Position numbers and translations under genes: made by a program. This document shows positions 1 to 10,266 of a stretch of DNA of 64,000 bases, piece after piece. Position 1 is the stretch's first letter. Each line of letters begins with the position of its first letter. The notes beneath the pieces were generated by a model that worked only from the letters and a program-made list of their open reading frames with translations, was not told where the DNA came from and ran no database searches. Origin of the DNA: Ylistrum balloti (lineage: Eukaryota); assembly GCF_031769215.1 (NCBI RefSeq), contig NW_026781935.1, forward strand, positions 1-64,000, written 5' to 3'.

Positions 1-267
1 TTTTTGAACAAATCAATTCAGAAAGCAAACTTGCGAATCAGCCACTCATTTCCAGTCAGGTTTATGATTTTTTTTTAAAGAAGTTCTATAAAGATTTTTT
101 TGTAATAAATGAACTTGGCTCTTTAAGTTTTTCACAAGAAAAAATTAATTCCTTAGCAGAGAAGAATTTTCTCGTAAACTCTCTTAAATTAGTCACTTCC
201 TTAAAGTCGATTAGTGACAACTAACCCTAATGATTTTCCTTAGAATCATCAATCTTTAACGAACAGT

Positions 268-1254
268 ATGATCAAGAGAATTTGGAGAGGGAAAAAGATT
301 CGTGTGGCTACTCGAAAGAGTCCTCTCGCCCTTGCCCAAACTAAGATGATAATTCGAGAATTTAAAAAAATTCTGCCTATGTTGGATTGGGAGATTGTTT
401 TTGTTTTAAGCCATGGAGATATGGACATGGGAAGACCTCTCCACGGTTTTTCTCAAGTGGGTGTTTTTGTTAAGGCGTTAGAAAATGCTCTTCTTAAAGG
501 GGAGGCAGACTGTGCTATTCATTGCTTAAAAGATATCCCTTCCCCAATTGACCCAAGATTCATATTGCCTTGTTGCTTTAAAAGAGAAACTGTGGAGGAT
601 GTCATTCTTTACCGAAAAGGTTTTGATTTTAAGAAAATTCAAAAAGTATCAACAGGCAGTTTAAGAAGAAGAGCATTTCTTGGTGAAACTTTTCCACAAT
701 GGACTTTTGAAGAACTGCGAGGTAACATCAATACCCGAATTTCAAAACTTGTAAATAAAGAAGCTGAGTCCATTGTTTTGGCACAAGCAGGAATCAGTCG
801 TCTTAAATGTTTTGAAATAGAAGAGGTAGAAGTAAATCAAAAAAAGGATAATCTTCTTTTTAAAGAAAATTTAGATAAAGTCATTGTACAAACTCTTCCG
901 ACTTCTACTCTCCTTCCAGCCCCAGGACAGGGTTGCTTGGTGATTCAATGTCTCAAGATCCAGCAAGAAGAAAATGTAAGCTCCCTTCCAGCTTTGTTAA
1001 ATAGACTTCACCATGAAGAAACATGGGAGGCAGTTGGCTTGGAAAGGAAAGTAATGGAGATCATTGAAGGAGGGTGTCGATCACCTCTTGGTTGTTTTGC
1101 AAGGAAAGTTGATCAAGAATGGATAGTAGAAGCTATTTTAGAAAGGGATGGCATGATCACCCGAAGCAAGAGACAATTAGCTAAAGAGCAGTTATCAGAA
1201 AGAAAGGATCAACTAATTCAACAGGTTACACAAGACTTGCTGGGTGGTGCTTAA
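268..1254 (+). CDS. hemC: Hydroxymethylbilane synthase (porphobilinogen deaminase)
   Basis: Motifs RVATRKSPLALAQ, GVFVKALE, HCLKD, TGSLRR, LRGNINTR, PAPGQG and cofactor-binding EGGC. Confidence 0.95.
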   Translation: MIKRIWRGKKIRVATRKSPLALAQTKMIIREFKKILPMLDWEIVFVLSHGDMDMGRPLHGFSQVGVFVKALENALLKGEADCAIHCLKDIPSPIDPRFILPCCFKRETVEDVILYRKGFDFKKIQKVSTGSLRRRAFLGETFPQWTFEELRGNINTRISKLVNKEAESIVLAQAGISRLKCFEIEEVEVNQKKDNLLFKENLDKVIVQTLPTSTLLPAPGQGCLVIQCLKIQQEENVSSLPALLNRLHHEETWEAVGLERKVMEIIEGGCRSPLGCFARKVDQEWIVEAILERDGMITRSKRQLAKEQLSERKDQLIQQVTQDLLGGA

Positions 1255-1279
1255 TAATTTAAATTTCATTTTAGGAAAT

Positions 1280-3841
1280 TCACTTGATAACAAAATTGAT
1301 TAAACGGTTGGGAATCACAATTCGTTTAACAATAGTTTTATTAGTAAGCCAAGTTCGAACATTTTTTTCTTGCATGGCAAGTTTAACAAGCTCTTCTTGA
1401 TCAAGATCGGCTGTGGTTTTGATTTTACCCCTTACCTTGCCATTGATCTGAATAGGAACGACCACTACAGACAATTTTAAAGAGTTCTTCTTGTAATGAG
1501 GCCAATTACTATCTTTCAAACTTTTTTTCTCAGATTCGCCTTTTTTAGAAAGGACTTTATTGTAAATTTCTTCACAGATAAATGGAGCGAAGGGGGAGAG
1601 AATAGTTACAAATTTTCTCAAAATTTCTAAAGCATCATGAAGGTGGTGTGGATTAATTTTCTTAGCTGAAGCCTGATTTATAAAAATCATCAAACTGGAA
1701 ATGGCAGTATTGAAGTGAAATTTCTCAATGTCGTCTTCTACTTTGGCAATTGTACGATCAAGAAGAGTGTTTAACTCTTCAATGATTTGATGGGATTCTT
1801 TTTTTTGAATTGAGGAAGTTGATCCCTCAACTGAGTTTTTAAGTAAAAAGATCATCTGTGACCAGCGAACCAGTTTTAAAATAAAACGTTGGCATCCCTC
1901 AATCCCGCTTTCATTCCATTCCAAGGTCTTTTCTGCTGGAGCCGCAAAAAGAATAAACAAGCGTACACTATCTGCTCCGTATTTATCAATCATCTTAAGA
2001 GGATCAACCCCATTATTTTTGGATTTGCTCATCTTTTCCATTTTGATAACCAAGGGGACTCCTGTTTCAGGGCAAGTCTTTGGGTTTTTCCCCAATTCAT
2101 GCTGGAAAAAATACTTATTTGCTTTGGGTGAAAAGTACGAAGGTGACACTACCATGCCTTGGGTGAGTAATCTTTGAAACGGCTCTTTGGATTGAAGGAG
2201 ACCGATGTCACGAAGAGCTTTATGGAAAAACCTTGCATAAAGAAGATGCATACAAGCATGTTCGATCCCACCAATGTATTGGTCGACTGGCATCATTTTG
2301 TTTGCAATGTCCGATTTAAAGGGTTGTTCTTCGTTATGAGGGTCAAGGTAACGAAGAAAATACCAAGAAGAGCAGGTGAAGGTATCCATTGTGTCGGTTT
2401 CTCGATGATAGGCTTTACCATCTCTTTTTACTTGTGTAAAGTCTTGATTTTTTTCAAGTGGATTGATTCCACTAGTGAATTTTATATCAAGAGGCAAAAT
2501 AACTGGTAAATTAGAAAAATCTTCAGGAATGAATTCCCCATTTTCATTTTTAAGCATGGGAATTGGATTACCCCAATAACGTTGTCTTGAAATAAGCCAG
2601 TCTTTTAACTTGTATTGAACCTTGCGTTCACCTAATTTTTTTTTTTCTAGATCATCAATAATTTTGCCAATGGCTTCTTTATTAGGAAGATCATTGAAAG
2701 GGTGTGAATTACACAGCATTCCTTCACCAGTGTAAGCTTTATTATCAGAAACCTCTAAATTGGAGGGTTTTTTAATCACTGTAATAATGGAGAGTCCATA
2801 TTTCTTGGCGAAAGCAAAGTCTCTTTCATCATGTGCAGGCACACCCATAATGGTACCAGTCCCATATTCGGCTAGAACAAAGTTCGTAACATAGAGTGGT
2901 ATTTTTTCTTGGGTGTAAGGATGGATAATCATACTGCCAGTAAAAATTCCTTCTTGAACATAATCAGAGTTTTGATCAATTTTTTTGCAATCTTCAGCAA
3001 ATTTTTTGATTTTTTTATGATGATCTTCATTGCCAATTAAATAATTCAGTAAGTCGGGGTGATCAAAAGCAATCCCCATGAAAGATACACCAAAAAGTGT
3101 GTCTGGGCGAGTCGTGTAAATGGGAAAATTCTTTCCTTGGCAAGTGAAATTGATTAAGGCACCTTCACTTCTACCAATCCAATTTCTTTGCATGTTTTTA
3201 ACTCTTTCTGGCCAGCCGCCCATCTGGTCAAGCTCATCAAGGAGCTCTTGAGCATAATCGGTTATTTTGAGATACCATTGTTCAATTTCTCTTCGTTCAA
3301 CCACGGCTCCAGATCGCCAAGCTACTCCCTCATGGACCTGTTCTTTAGCAAGAACCGTTTTGTCAACAGGGTCCCAAAAGACAGCACTCTTTTTCCGATA
3401 GAAAAGTCCTTTCTCATAGAATTTGAGGAAAATCCATTGTCCCCATCGATAGTAATCAGATTGTGCGGTGCAAACTTCCTTACTCCAATCATATGAAAAT
3501 CCTAACTGTTGAAGTTGTTCCCTCATTCTGTCAATGTTAGAAAAGACCCACTTGGCAGGATGTATTTTTTTTTCAATCGAAGCGTTTTCAGCAGGGAGAC
3601 CAAAAGCATCCCATCCGATTGGATGGAGCACATTAAAGCCTTTCAACTGCTTATAGCGTGCTAGAACATCACCAATCGAATAGTTTCGTACATGACCCAT
3701 GTGAAGATCACCACTTGGGTATGGGTACATTTCAAGACAGTAAAATTTAGGTTTATTTTCTTCGTGATGGAAGCGAAAGGTATTATTGTCTCGATAAAAT
3801 TCTCTCCAAAATCTCTCTATTTTTTTAAAATTGTATTCCAT
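1280..3841 (-). CDS. leuS: Leucine--tRNA ligase
   Basis: 853 aa; MYPYPSGDLHMGH (HIGH), editing-domain YTTRPDT and GTGTIMGVPAHD, KMSKS, C-terminal QINGKVRG. Confidence 0.98.
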   Translation of the reverse strand: MEYNFKKIERFWREFYRDNNTFRFHHEENKPKFYCLEMYPYPSGDLHMGHVRNYSIGDVLARYKQLKGFNVLHPIGWDAFGLPAENASIEKKIHPAKWVFSNIDRMREQLQQLGFSYDWSKEVCTAQSDYYRWGQWIFLKFYEKGLFYRKKSAVFWDPVDKTVLAKEQVHEGVAWRSGAVVERREIEQWYLKITDYAQELLDELDQMGGWPERVKNMQRNWIGRSEGALINFTCQGKNFPIYTTRPDTLFGVSFMGIAFDHPDLLNYLIGNEDHHKKIKKFAEDCKKIDQNSDYVQEGIFTGSMIIHPYTQEKIPLYVTNFVLAEYGTGTIMGVPAHDERDFAFAKKYGLSIITVIKKPSNLEVSDNKAYTGEGMLCNSHPFNDLPNKEAIGKIIDDLEKKKLGERKVQYKLKDWLISRQRYWGNPIPMLKNENGEFIPEDFSNLPVILPLDIKFTSGINPLEKNQDFTQVKRDGKAYHRETDTMDTFTCSSWYFLRYLDPHNEEQPFKSDIANKMMPVDQYIGGIEHACMHLLYARFFHKALRDIGLLQSKEPFQRLLTQGMVVSPSYFSPKANKYFFQHELGKNPKTCPETGVPLVIKMEKMSKSKNNGVDPLKMIDKYGADSVRLFILFAAPAEKTLEWNESGIEGCQRFILKLVRWSQMIFLLKNSVEGSTSSIQKKESHQIIEELNTLLDRTIAKVEDDIEKFHFNTAISSLMIFINQASAKKINPHHLHDALEILRKFVTILSPFAPFICEEIYNKVLSKKGESEKKSLKDSNWPHYKKNSLKLSVVVVPIQINGKVRGKIKTTADLDQEELVKLAMQEKNVRTWLTNKTIVKRIVIPNRLINFVIK

Positions 3842-3874
3842 TGATTTTGTAAAACACAGAGACTTTAAAGTAAG

Positions 3875-4315
3875 TTATTTTATCTGTGAAGGAAGATCGA
3901 GAATGGCTTCTTTCAAATCGTCATATTCATGTTTTGCTTTTGAGCCATATTTTTTTAATTGCTCAAGTTCTGCTAAGGCCGCTTGCAAATAAGCTTCTCC
4001 TAAGTATTCTCTTGCTTGAGGAAATTGAGGTCTAATTTTCAAAGCCTTATGGTAGTTGGCTATTGCCTCGTCAATCTGCCCATTTTTTCTTTGTGAATAA
4101 GCGAGTTGATTTAAGGCGTCGGCATCTTTCGAATTAATTTTTAACGCTTTCTTAAAACTTTTTACTGCTTTACCATACTTTTCACTCTTAAGATATTTCA
4201 TTCCTTGATCGAAAACATCCTGAAATTTATCATCTTCAGATGAAGAACTGCTACCAGCTGCTATTACCAAGAAGGCTGCTAAGGATAGTATCCAAATTGT
4301 CATGATTTTTTTCAT
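3875..4315 (-). CDS. Small exported TPR protein
   Basis: Hydrophobic signal peptide followed by TPR helices (AVKSFKKALKINSKDADALNQLAY; AIANYHKALKIRPQFPQAREYLG). Confidence 0.8.
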   Translation of the reverse strand: MKKIMTIWILSLAAFLVIAAGSSSSSEDDKFQDVFDQGMKYLKSEKYGKAVKSFKKALKINSKDADALNQLAYSQRKNGQIDEAIANYHKALKIRPQFPQAREYLGEAYLQAALAELEQLKKYGSKAKHEYDDLKEAILDLPSQIK

Positions 4316-4472
4316 TTTTATTTACTCTTTTAATTTAAATTTATTTAAATCATATCATCATTTTTGTTGGAGAAAAAAAAGAAAAAATATTGATATTTGT
4401 AAAATTTCTTATAGTTCGATAACACTAATATATTATATAATTAAGAGTTAAAAGTTCTTTCCCTCTGATCAC

Positions 4473-6407
4473 ATGGATTACCCACTTCTTAGTAGTATTA
4501 TCGTTCCTGAAGCATTGAAAAAACTTCCTCAAGACAAATGGGCTGAATTAATAGAGGAGGTAAGAACTTGCATTACTGAGAGTGTCAAGAAAAATGGAGG
4601 ACATCTTGGTCCTAACCTTGGAGCAGTAGAAATTATCTTTGCTTGTCACATGGTTTTTAACCTCAATCAGGATCGTCTACTTTTTGATGTAGGGCATCAG
4701 TGCTACGCTCACAAAATTTTAACCTGCCGCTACCGTGAATTTAATCGATTGAGGCAGAAAAATGGATTGAGTGGTTATCCTTACAAAAAGGAAAGTGACT
4801 ATGATGTTTTTCGTGGTGGTCATGCCTCTACAGCTATATCTACAGCTCTCGGAATGCGTTGCGGTTTTGATTTTGACAAAGATCAAACTAAGAAATTTGT
4901 TGTCAGCTTAGTAGGTGATGGTGCTATGACGGGAGGGATGGCGTTTGAAGCTCTCAACCATGCGGGACATATAAAAAATAATTTAATTGTTATTTTGAAT
5001 GATAATTCAATGTCTATTTCTCCAACCATTGGGGGTTTGGCAAAGGCACTCAATAATTTTCGCCACAATCAATTTTACACCCATTTAAAAAAGGGACTCA
5101 TTGACAGACTCAAAAAAATTCCAAAATTAGGTCATAAGTTAGAATTTATGGTAAACCTCACATTAGAGGAGGCGAGCAGAATTGCTAGCCCAGCTCAGCT
5201 TTTTACTGTTCTAGGTTTCGACTACATGGGACCTATTAATGGTAATGATGTGCATGAAGTTATTTCAACCCTAAAGGCAGCTAAAAAGGTCAAGGTTAAA
5301 CCAGTACTTATCCATGCTCTCACTCAAAAAGGGATTGGGTTTCGTCCTCATGGTAAAAATGGAGAAACCATCATTGGTCCCCATGCTCTTTCACCACCAA
5401 AGGCAAAAATAAAAAGTGACAAATCCCCAATGCTATCGTATTCTGTCACAGCAGTTGATGTTCTTAAACAATTGTGTAAGAAAAATGAAAAAGTTATCAC
5501 GATCACGGCCGCAATGGCTGAAGGCACTGGATTGAATAAGTTTGAAGAAGTGTTTCCTCATCGTTATTTTGATGTGGGAATTTGTGAAGCTCATGCAGTA
5601 GGTTTTTCTGCTGGGTTAGCCGCCTCAGGTCTCAAGCCAATTTTCATGGTATACTCAACTTTTTTGCAACGTGCCTTTGATCAAATTTTTCATGAATTGG
5701 TTCTTCAGCAAAATATCCCCACTATTTTTTGTATTGATCGTGCAGGTTTAGTAGGAGATGACGGTCCTAGCCATCATGGGAGTTATGACATTGCCTATTT
5801 GCGTATCTTTCCTAATTTCGTTTTAATGGCGCCTAAAGATGGAGAGGATTTAAAAAATATGATTGCATTTGCAACCCAATTGAATACAATGGTTGCCATT
5901 AGGTATCCCAGGTCTTCCATACCTGATAGAAACTATTTCAAAAAGAATTATAAAAAAAGCCAAAAATTAATCTTAGGAAAGTCTGAAGTTTTATTTAAAA
6001 CTAAAGACAAAAAAGGAATATGCTTATATGCATATGGTAGCATGGTCATTGAGGCAAGCAAGGCATGGAAAATGCTGGCAGAAGATGGGATTCATGTAAC
6101 TCTAGTGAATGCCAGGTTTGCCAAACCCATTGATGTTGGAACACTCCGGCGACTTTACTCACAACATCAATCTCTTATTGTATTGGAAGAAGGAATTAAG
6201 CGGGGGGGGCTCGGATCGGCCGTTTTGGAGGAACTCAATCGCCTTGGACTTGATACTGGTAAGGTTCTTGTTAAAGGACTTCCCGATCAATTGGTTGAAC
6301 ATGCTTCAAGGCAGGAGCAATTACAAGAGTGTGGTTTGGATAGTCGTTCGATTGTTAAGTCGGTCAAATTAATTAAGAAGAAGTTAGCAAATAAGAGGAA
6401 AAAATGA
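4473..6407 (+). CDS. dxs: 1-deoxy-D-xylulose-5-phosphate synthase
   Basis: GGHLGPNLG, DVGHQCYAHK, GHASTAIS, TPP motif GDGAMTGG...NDN, DVGICE, DRAGLVGDDGPSHHG. Confidence 0.98.
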   Translation: MDYPLLSSIIVPEALKKLPQDKWAELIEEVRTCITESVKKNGGHLGPNLGAVEIIFACHMVFNLNQDRLLFDVGHQCYAHKILTCRYREFNRLRQKNGLSGYPYKKESDYDVFRGGHASTAISTALGMRCGFDFDKDQTKKFVVSLVGDGAMTGGMAFEALNHAGHIKNNLIVILNDNSMSISPTIGGLAKALNNFRHNQFYTHLKKGLIDRLKKIPKLGHKLEFMVNLTLEEASRIASPAQLFTVLGFDYMGPINGNDVHEVISTLKAAKKVKVKPVLIHALTQKGIGFRPHGKNGETIIGPHALSPPKAKIKSDKSPMLSYSVTAVDVLKQLCKKNEKVITITAAMAEGTGLNKFEEVFPHRYFDVGICEAHAVGFSAGLAASGLKPIFMVYSTFLQRAFDQIFHELVLQQNIPTIFCIDRAGLVGDDGPSHHGSYDIAYLRIFPNFVLMAPKDGEDLKNMIAFATQLNTMVAIRYPRSSIPDRNYFKKNYKKSQKLILGKSEVLFKTKDKKGICLYAYGSMVIEASKAWKMLAEDGIHVTLVNARFAKPIDVGTLRRLYSQHQSLIVLEEGIKRGGLGSAVLEELNRLGLDTGKVLVKGLPDQLVEHASRQEQLQECGLDSRSIVKSVKLIKKKLANKRKK

Positions 6408-6958
6408 ATTTAATACTACTGGGCATGCCAGGTTCTGGGAAAGGTACAGTGGCTTCATGGTTGCAAGAGAAGTACTTGTATCGTCAAATATCCACAGGCG
6501 ACCTTCTTCGTGAAGAAAGGAAGGTTGGAACTCAATTAGGGAAGCAAGTGGAAGTAATCATGAATGAGGGGAAATTGGTCTCAGATGAAATGATCATTGA
6601 ATTGGTTAAAAAGCATATAAAAACGGTGGGTTTTAAAGGAGTGGTTTTTGATGGGTTTCCAAGAACGGTTTTCCAAGCAAAATCCTTGGATGAAACTACT
6701 AATATTGATCAAGTTATTTTTTTAAAAGTCAGTGAAAAGATAGTTGTAGATCGTCTTCTTAATCGAAGTGATGATTCAGGTCAAAGAAGGGAAGACGACA
6801 ATGAAAGGGTAATCAAGGAGCGAATAAAGGTTTACATGGAGAATACCCAACCTCTTATCGATCATTACGAAAAAAAGTGTTTGCTCACGACTTTAGATGG
6901 AGGAGTTTCGATCGAAAATGTTAGAAATAAAGTTAAAGAGGTCATTGAGAGCTTATAA
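6404..6958 (+). CDS. adk: Adenylate kinase, short-LID type
   Basis: P-loop GMPGSGKGT, ISTGDLLR, DGFPRT, RREDD; 184 aa; ATGA-type overlap with the dxs stop. Confidence 0.95.
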   Translation: MNLILLGMPGSGKGTVASWLQEKYLYRQISTGDLLREERKVGTQLGKQVEVIMNEGKLVSDEMIIELVKKHIKTVGFKGVVFDGFPRTVFQAKSLDETTNIDQVIFLKVSEKIVVDRLLNRSDDSGQRREDDNERVIKERIKVYMENTQPLIDHYEKKCLLTTLDGGVSIENVRNKVKEVIESL

Positions 6959-8102
6959 TTTTACTTTTCAATTATTTCTTTGGTTTATCGGATCGTTTTT
7001 TACTTTTCAATTCGTTTATCCTCAATCTCAAACTCAACCAAAGAATTTTTCTCAATTAATCAAGGAAATCAGCCAAACTCCATATCTTTATAAAAGCTCC
7101 ATTCTCAAAGAAGAATGGATGGTTGGGGAAAAAATTCATCTAACCAATCAAATCAGTCGTGGAAAATTCAAGGTTGCTGGTAAGACAGTGAAAATTTTAT
7201 TTTCTAAACCTGTTTTGATTGAGACAGTCAAAACCTTGAGAGGAGAGCTTGCCTATCATGCCCTTACCAATTTTTATGAAGGTCAAACTGATAAAGAAGG
7301 AGAGGTGAATGTAGTTTTTCGAACTTTGGAAGAAGGCAATTTCATTATAAAAGCTATTTTCTTGGACACTCGTGAAATTTATACCATGAACATTGAAGAA
7401 CTCCATTATCGAGTTTTCTCCGAAGAAAAATTCATTTTTAACTTTTGGATAACTTTTGTACTTTGGTTGTTTTTTTTCTTGATCTTTTGGATGGTATTAA
7501 AAAGTTACTTAGAAAAGGAAAATAGAAATTTGAAGGAGAGTTACTGGAGTGCTATCTGTTTCCCGCATTTTATTTATCTGGAACAATCAAAAAATTTTTT
7601 TTCTTGGATAATGATTCACTTAGCATCCTTTCTTGTCTTTGGTGCAGTGGCGCTTTTAATTGATTTTTCTTACCCTCTAACCCTCCTTGTTTGGTTTGTA
7701 ATCGCTTCTTTAACCACTCAAAATATCAAGGGTATTGGATGGAATGTTGCACTAAGCTATATCAATTCTCTCGGGGTAACCACTTTGCTTATTCTTTTCA
7801 ATTCTTTTCTTAATGAGTATGGAACCTTTGGAATCTTGATGACCTATCTTAACCAAGAAGTTTTTTATTATTTAATTGTTTTATCACTATTATTCACATC
7901 ACCTGGTTTGAGTTTTGGAATTTATGTGCTTTTTTGGTTAAACCTATTCAAGGTTTCAACACTGAGTTTTGAAAGTTTTTCTCAAATATTTTACTTTGAA
8001 GATTATTTGTTAAAAAATTTTTTCTATCTCTTTATACTTTCTTTATGGGTGAGTCTTATATCATCTTTTTTTTATTTTAAGGTTTTTCAAAAAAAAGTTT
8101 GA
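6897..8102 (+). CDS. Hypothetical membrane protein (exported beta-rich N-domain plus polytopic C-domain); true start probably 6918
   Basis: Long ORF packed between adk and tsaC; signal-like N-terminus; about 7 hydrophobic segments in the C-terminal half. Confidence 0.7.
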   Translation: MEEFRSKMLEIKLKRSLRAYNFTFQLFLWFIGSFFTFQFVYPQSQTQPKNFSQLIKEISQTPYLYKSSILKEEWMVGEKIHLTNQISRGKFKVAGKTVKILFSKPVLIETVKTLRGELAYHALTNFYEGQTDKEGEVNVVFRTLEEGNFIIKAIFLDTREIYTMNIEELHYRVFSEEKFIFNFWITFVLWLFFFLIFWMVLKSYLEKENRNLKESYWSAICFPHFIYLEQSKNFFSWIMIHLASFLVFGAVALLIDFSYPLTLLVWFVIASLTTQNIKGIGWNVALSYINSLGVTTLLILFNSFLNEYGTFGILMTYLNQEVFYYLIVLSLLFTSPGLSFGIYVLFWLNLFKVSTLSFESFSQIFYFEDYLLKNFFYLFILSLWVSLISSFFYFKVFQKKV

Positions 8103-8114
8103 TCAATTTTAAAA

Positions 8115-8750
8115 ATGAATGCTTACTTTAATTTAAAAAAATCCGATGAAAAAATTCAAAAAGCTATCTATGTCTTGGAAGAAGAAGGAATTCTTGTCGT
8201 TAATACAGACACCGTCCCCGGTCTGGCCGTGTTGCCAGATAAAAAGGAAGCTATGGACAAACTTTATCGATTAAAAAACCGACCGATTTCTAAGCCTTTA
8301 ATTTGGATGGTAGCCAATTTTAAATATTTACGACCTCACTTAGTAGTTCCTCGTTTAGTAGAAAAACTAATTAAAGACCATTGGCCAGGTACCCTCACCT
8401 TAATTTTTAAAGTTAGATCATCTTCCAAGTTGATGAGAAATTTTACCTCTTTAGCTGTTCGCATTCCTAATGGAGATGGATTTTTGGTGAGATTATTGGA
8501 AAAATTAAAGAAACCCTTGGCGGTAACCAGTGCAAATGTTTCGGGGCAAAGAGAGACTTACGAACTCACAGAAATAAAAAAACAGTTCCCAGAAGTATCG
8601 TTGTGCCTATATAAAGGAGAGAGAGACGAAGTAGAAAATAAGAAAATTAAGAAAAAGGGGAAACTTAACTCTCTTCCTTCAACTATTCTTGATGTAACGG
8701 GTAAAAATCCTGTAGTTGTGAGACAGGGAGAATTGATATTGGGTAAATAA
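8115..8750 (+). CDS. tsaC: Threonylcarbamoyl-AMP synthase (YrdC/Sua5 family, short form)
   Basis: TDTVPGL, LYRLKNRP, WPGTLTL, AVRIP, TSAN, PSTILD, RQG motifs. Confidence 0.92.
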   Translation: MNAYFNLKKSDEKIQKAIYVLEEEGILVVNTDTVPGLAVLPDKKEAMDKLYRLKNRPISKPLIWMVANFKYLRPHLVVPRLVEKLIKDHWPGTLTLIFKVRSSSKLMRNFTSLAVRIPNGDGFLVRLLEKLKKPLAVTSANVSGQRETYELTEIKKQFPEVSLCLYKGERDEVENKKIKKKGKLNSLPSTILDVTGKNPVVVRQGELILGK

Positions 8751-8787
8751 AGACGAAATGGCTTAGACAGGGCAGAGCCATCAAAAA

Positions 8788-9195
8788 TTATTCGTCATAT
8801 TCACCGTAGAAATATTCATCATCACTTTTGTAATCGTCGATGCCGTCTTCGTCAATAAAGTCGGATACATCGCTCGGGTTTTCAAAACTATCGTCTAAAT
8901 CGTTATTATCTAAGTCATCATCGGGATAAAAGTCATCATCCAGGTCGTCTTCAAAATCCTCTTCATCACCATCTTCCTCAAAACCGTCTTCATATTCATA
9001 GGAGTCCTCTTCTTCATCAAAGCTGTCTTGAAATTCGTCATTGTCGTCACCGGAGTCGCTCCTTATTAGGAATAGGTGATTTGAAAATAAATGAATTGAA
9101 TAGCACAGTCGACTGATAGAGTGACTGACTTTATTGATTTTTTCTAATACATTATTTATCGAATTGTTTTTTTCCCAAAAAGTTACTATGTTCAT
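8788..9195 (-). CDS. Small protein with an extremely acidic D/E-rich C-terminal region
   Basis: 135-aa ORF; last ~90 aa dominated by Asp/Glu with Phe/Tyr interspersed; TATAAT about 15 nt upstream of the ATG. Confidence 0.7.
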   Translation of the reverse strand: MNIVTFWEKNNSINNVLEKINKVSHSISRLCYSIHLFSNHLFLIRSDSGDDNDEFQDSFDEEEDSYEYEDGFEEDGDEEDFEDDLDDDFYPDDDLDNNDLDDSFENPSDVSDFIDEDGIDDYKSDDEYFYGEYDE

Positions 9196-9280
9196 TTTCT
9201 ACAATTTTCTATTATAATAATAAAGGTTTTCCTAAAAGTAAAACAAATTTTTTGAAAAATTTAAGTTTTTGGAAAAATAA

Positions 9281-9323
9281 TGAAAAACGGAAATATATAG
9301 TAGGCAATATTTACCGTTTTTCA
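9281..9323 (-). terminator. Intrinsic terminator-like hairpin after the 9358..10209 gene
   Basis: Inverted repeat TGAAAAACGG(T)AAATAT...ATATTTCCGTTTTTCA with T-rich tail on the minus strand. Confidence 0.6.
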
Positions 9324-9357
9324 TAGATTGAGACAATAATAAAAAACTAAAAATGGC

Positions 9358-10209
9358 TTATTTTTTTATGAAGTTTTCGTTACTTCCATCCATATAACTT
9401 TTTAATCGACGAAGTCCAGCCTCAGTAGCTTCATCTGTCGTATAAAAGGTTTTATCAGTGTAATCGTAAATCAAGTCATCATTGAAGTAGAGTTCTGATA
9501 CTTTTTTGTAGTAGTAACGAGCTGGCCCAAACCACCCGAGTTTGGCATGGAAATTACCTAAATAATAAACAGAATCATTATAAATTTTGTTTTTCCGATA
9601 ACGGCCCACTTCATCACTTAGTGTTCGAATGGCTTCTTTCGTTTTGGGATAATCTACATATTGAGTATTAAGCAATACTGCATACCATAAAAGAGCTCTT
9701 GCTTTCAAATCAGAGTCGTCTCTACGAGAAATCACCGAATAGAGTAATTCTTCCCCTCTTTGAGCGAAATCCACTCTTTTTGCATCATCGTATTTTTGCG
9801 TTTCTTGCATCATAACAAAATAGGCGATACCCCTATAATATGTGGAATAATCATCAGTTCTCCCGTCAAGTATTCTGAGTACTTCTGGATAGTTTTCAGC
9901 ATTAAGGTATTGCCTTACGCTTCTAAGTAAATCAGGAGGGATTTCCGAGATGTCTCCATCGTCTTGATAAGGTGAATTCCTTAGTTCTTCGGAATATGAA
10001 TCGGTGTCAGTATCGTTATCTTGATTGTCATTCTCCTGGTTTTCAGTTAAAGTAACTACTGGACTTTCTTCTTGTGTATCTTCGTCACCATTAGATAATT
10101 TGGTTTCTGCACTTTTTTTATCATAGCAGGTAACCAATAAAAAGGATACCAAAAAGATAAAAATTAAAAATTGTGATCTTTTAAAAGATGCTTTTAACGT
10201 TTTTTTCAT
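9358..10209 (-). CDS. TPR-like lipoprotein with acidic N-terminal linker
   Basis: Basic N-terminus, hydrophobic core, lipobox-like LLVTC; D/E/N-rich linker; helical repeats with Tyr/Ala spacing. Confidence 0.75.
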   Translation of the reverse strand: MKKTLKASFKRSQFLIFIFLVSFLLVTCYDKKSAETKLSNGDEDTQEESPVVTLTENQENDNQDNDTDTDSYSEELRNSPYQDDGDISEIPPDLLRSVRQYLNAENYPEVLRILDGRTDDYSTYYRGIAYFVMMQETQKYDDAKRVDFAQRGEELLYSVISRRDDSDLKARALLWYAVLLNTQYVDYPKTKEAIRTLSDEVGRYRKNKIYNDSVYYLGNFHAKLGWFGPARYYYKKVSELYFNDDLIYDYTDKTFYTTDEATEAGLRRLKSYMDGSNENFIKK

Positions 10210-10266
10210 GTTTTCAACCTATATTTTTTTATTCTAATTTTAGCTTAGCAAAGCTAATTAATTTGA

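Noticed and set aside
1-267. Possible gene fragment at the left edge
   Set aside because: The minus-strand frames I translated are closed by stops and show no motif; the plus-strand frames were not resolved, so it is left unassigned
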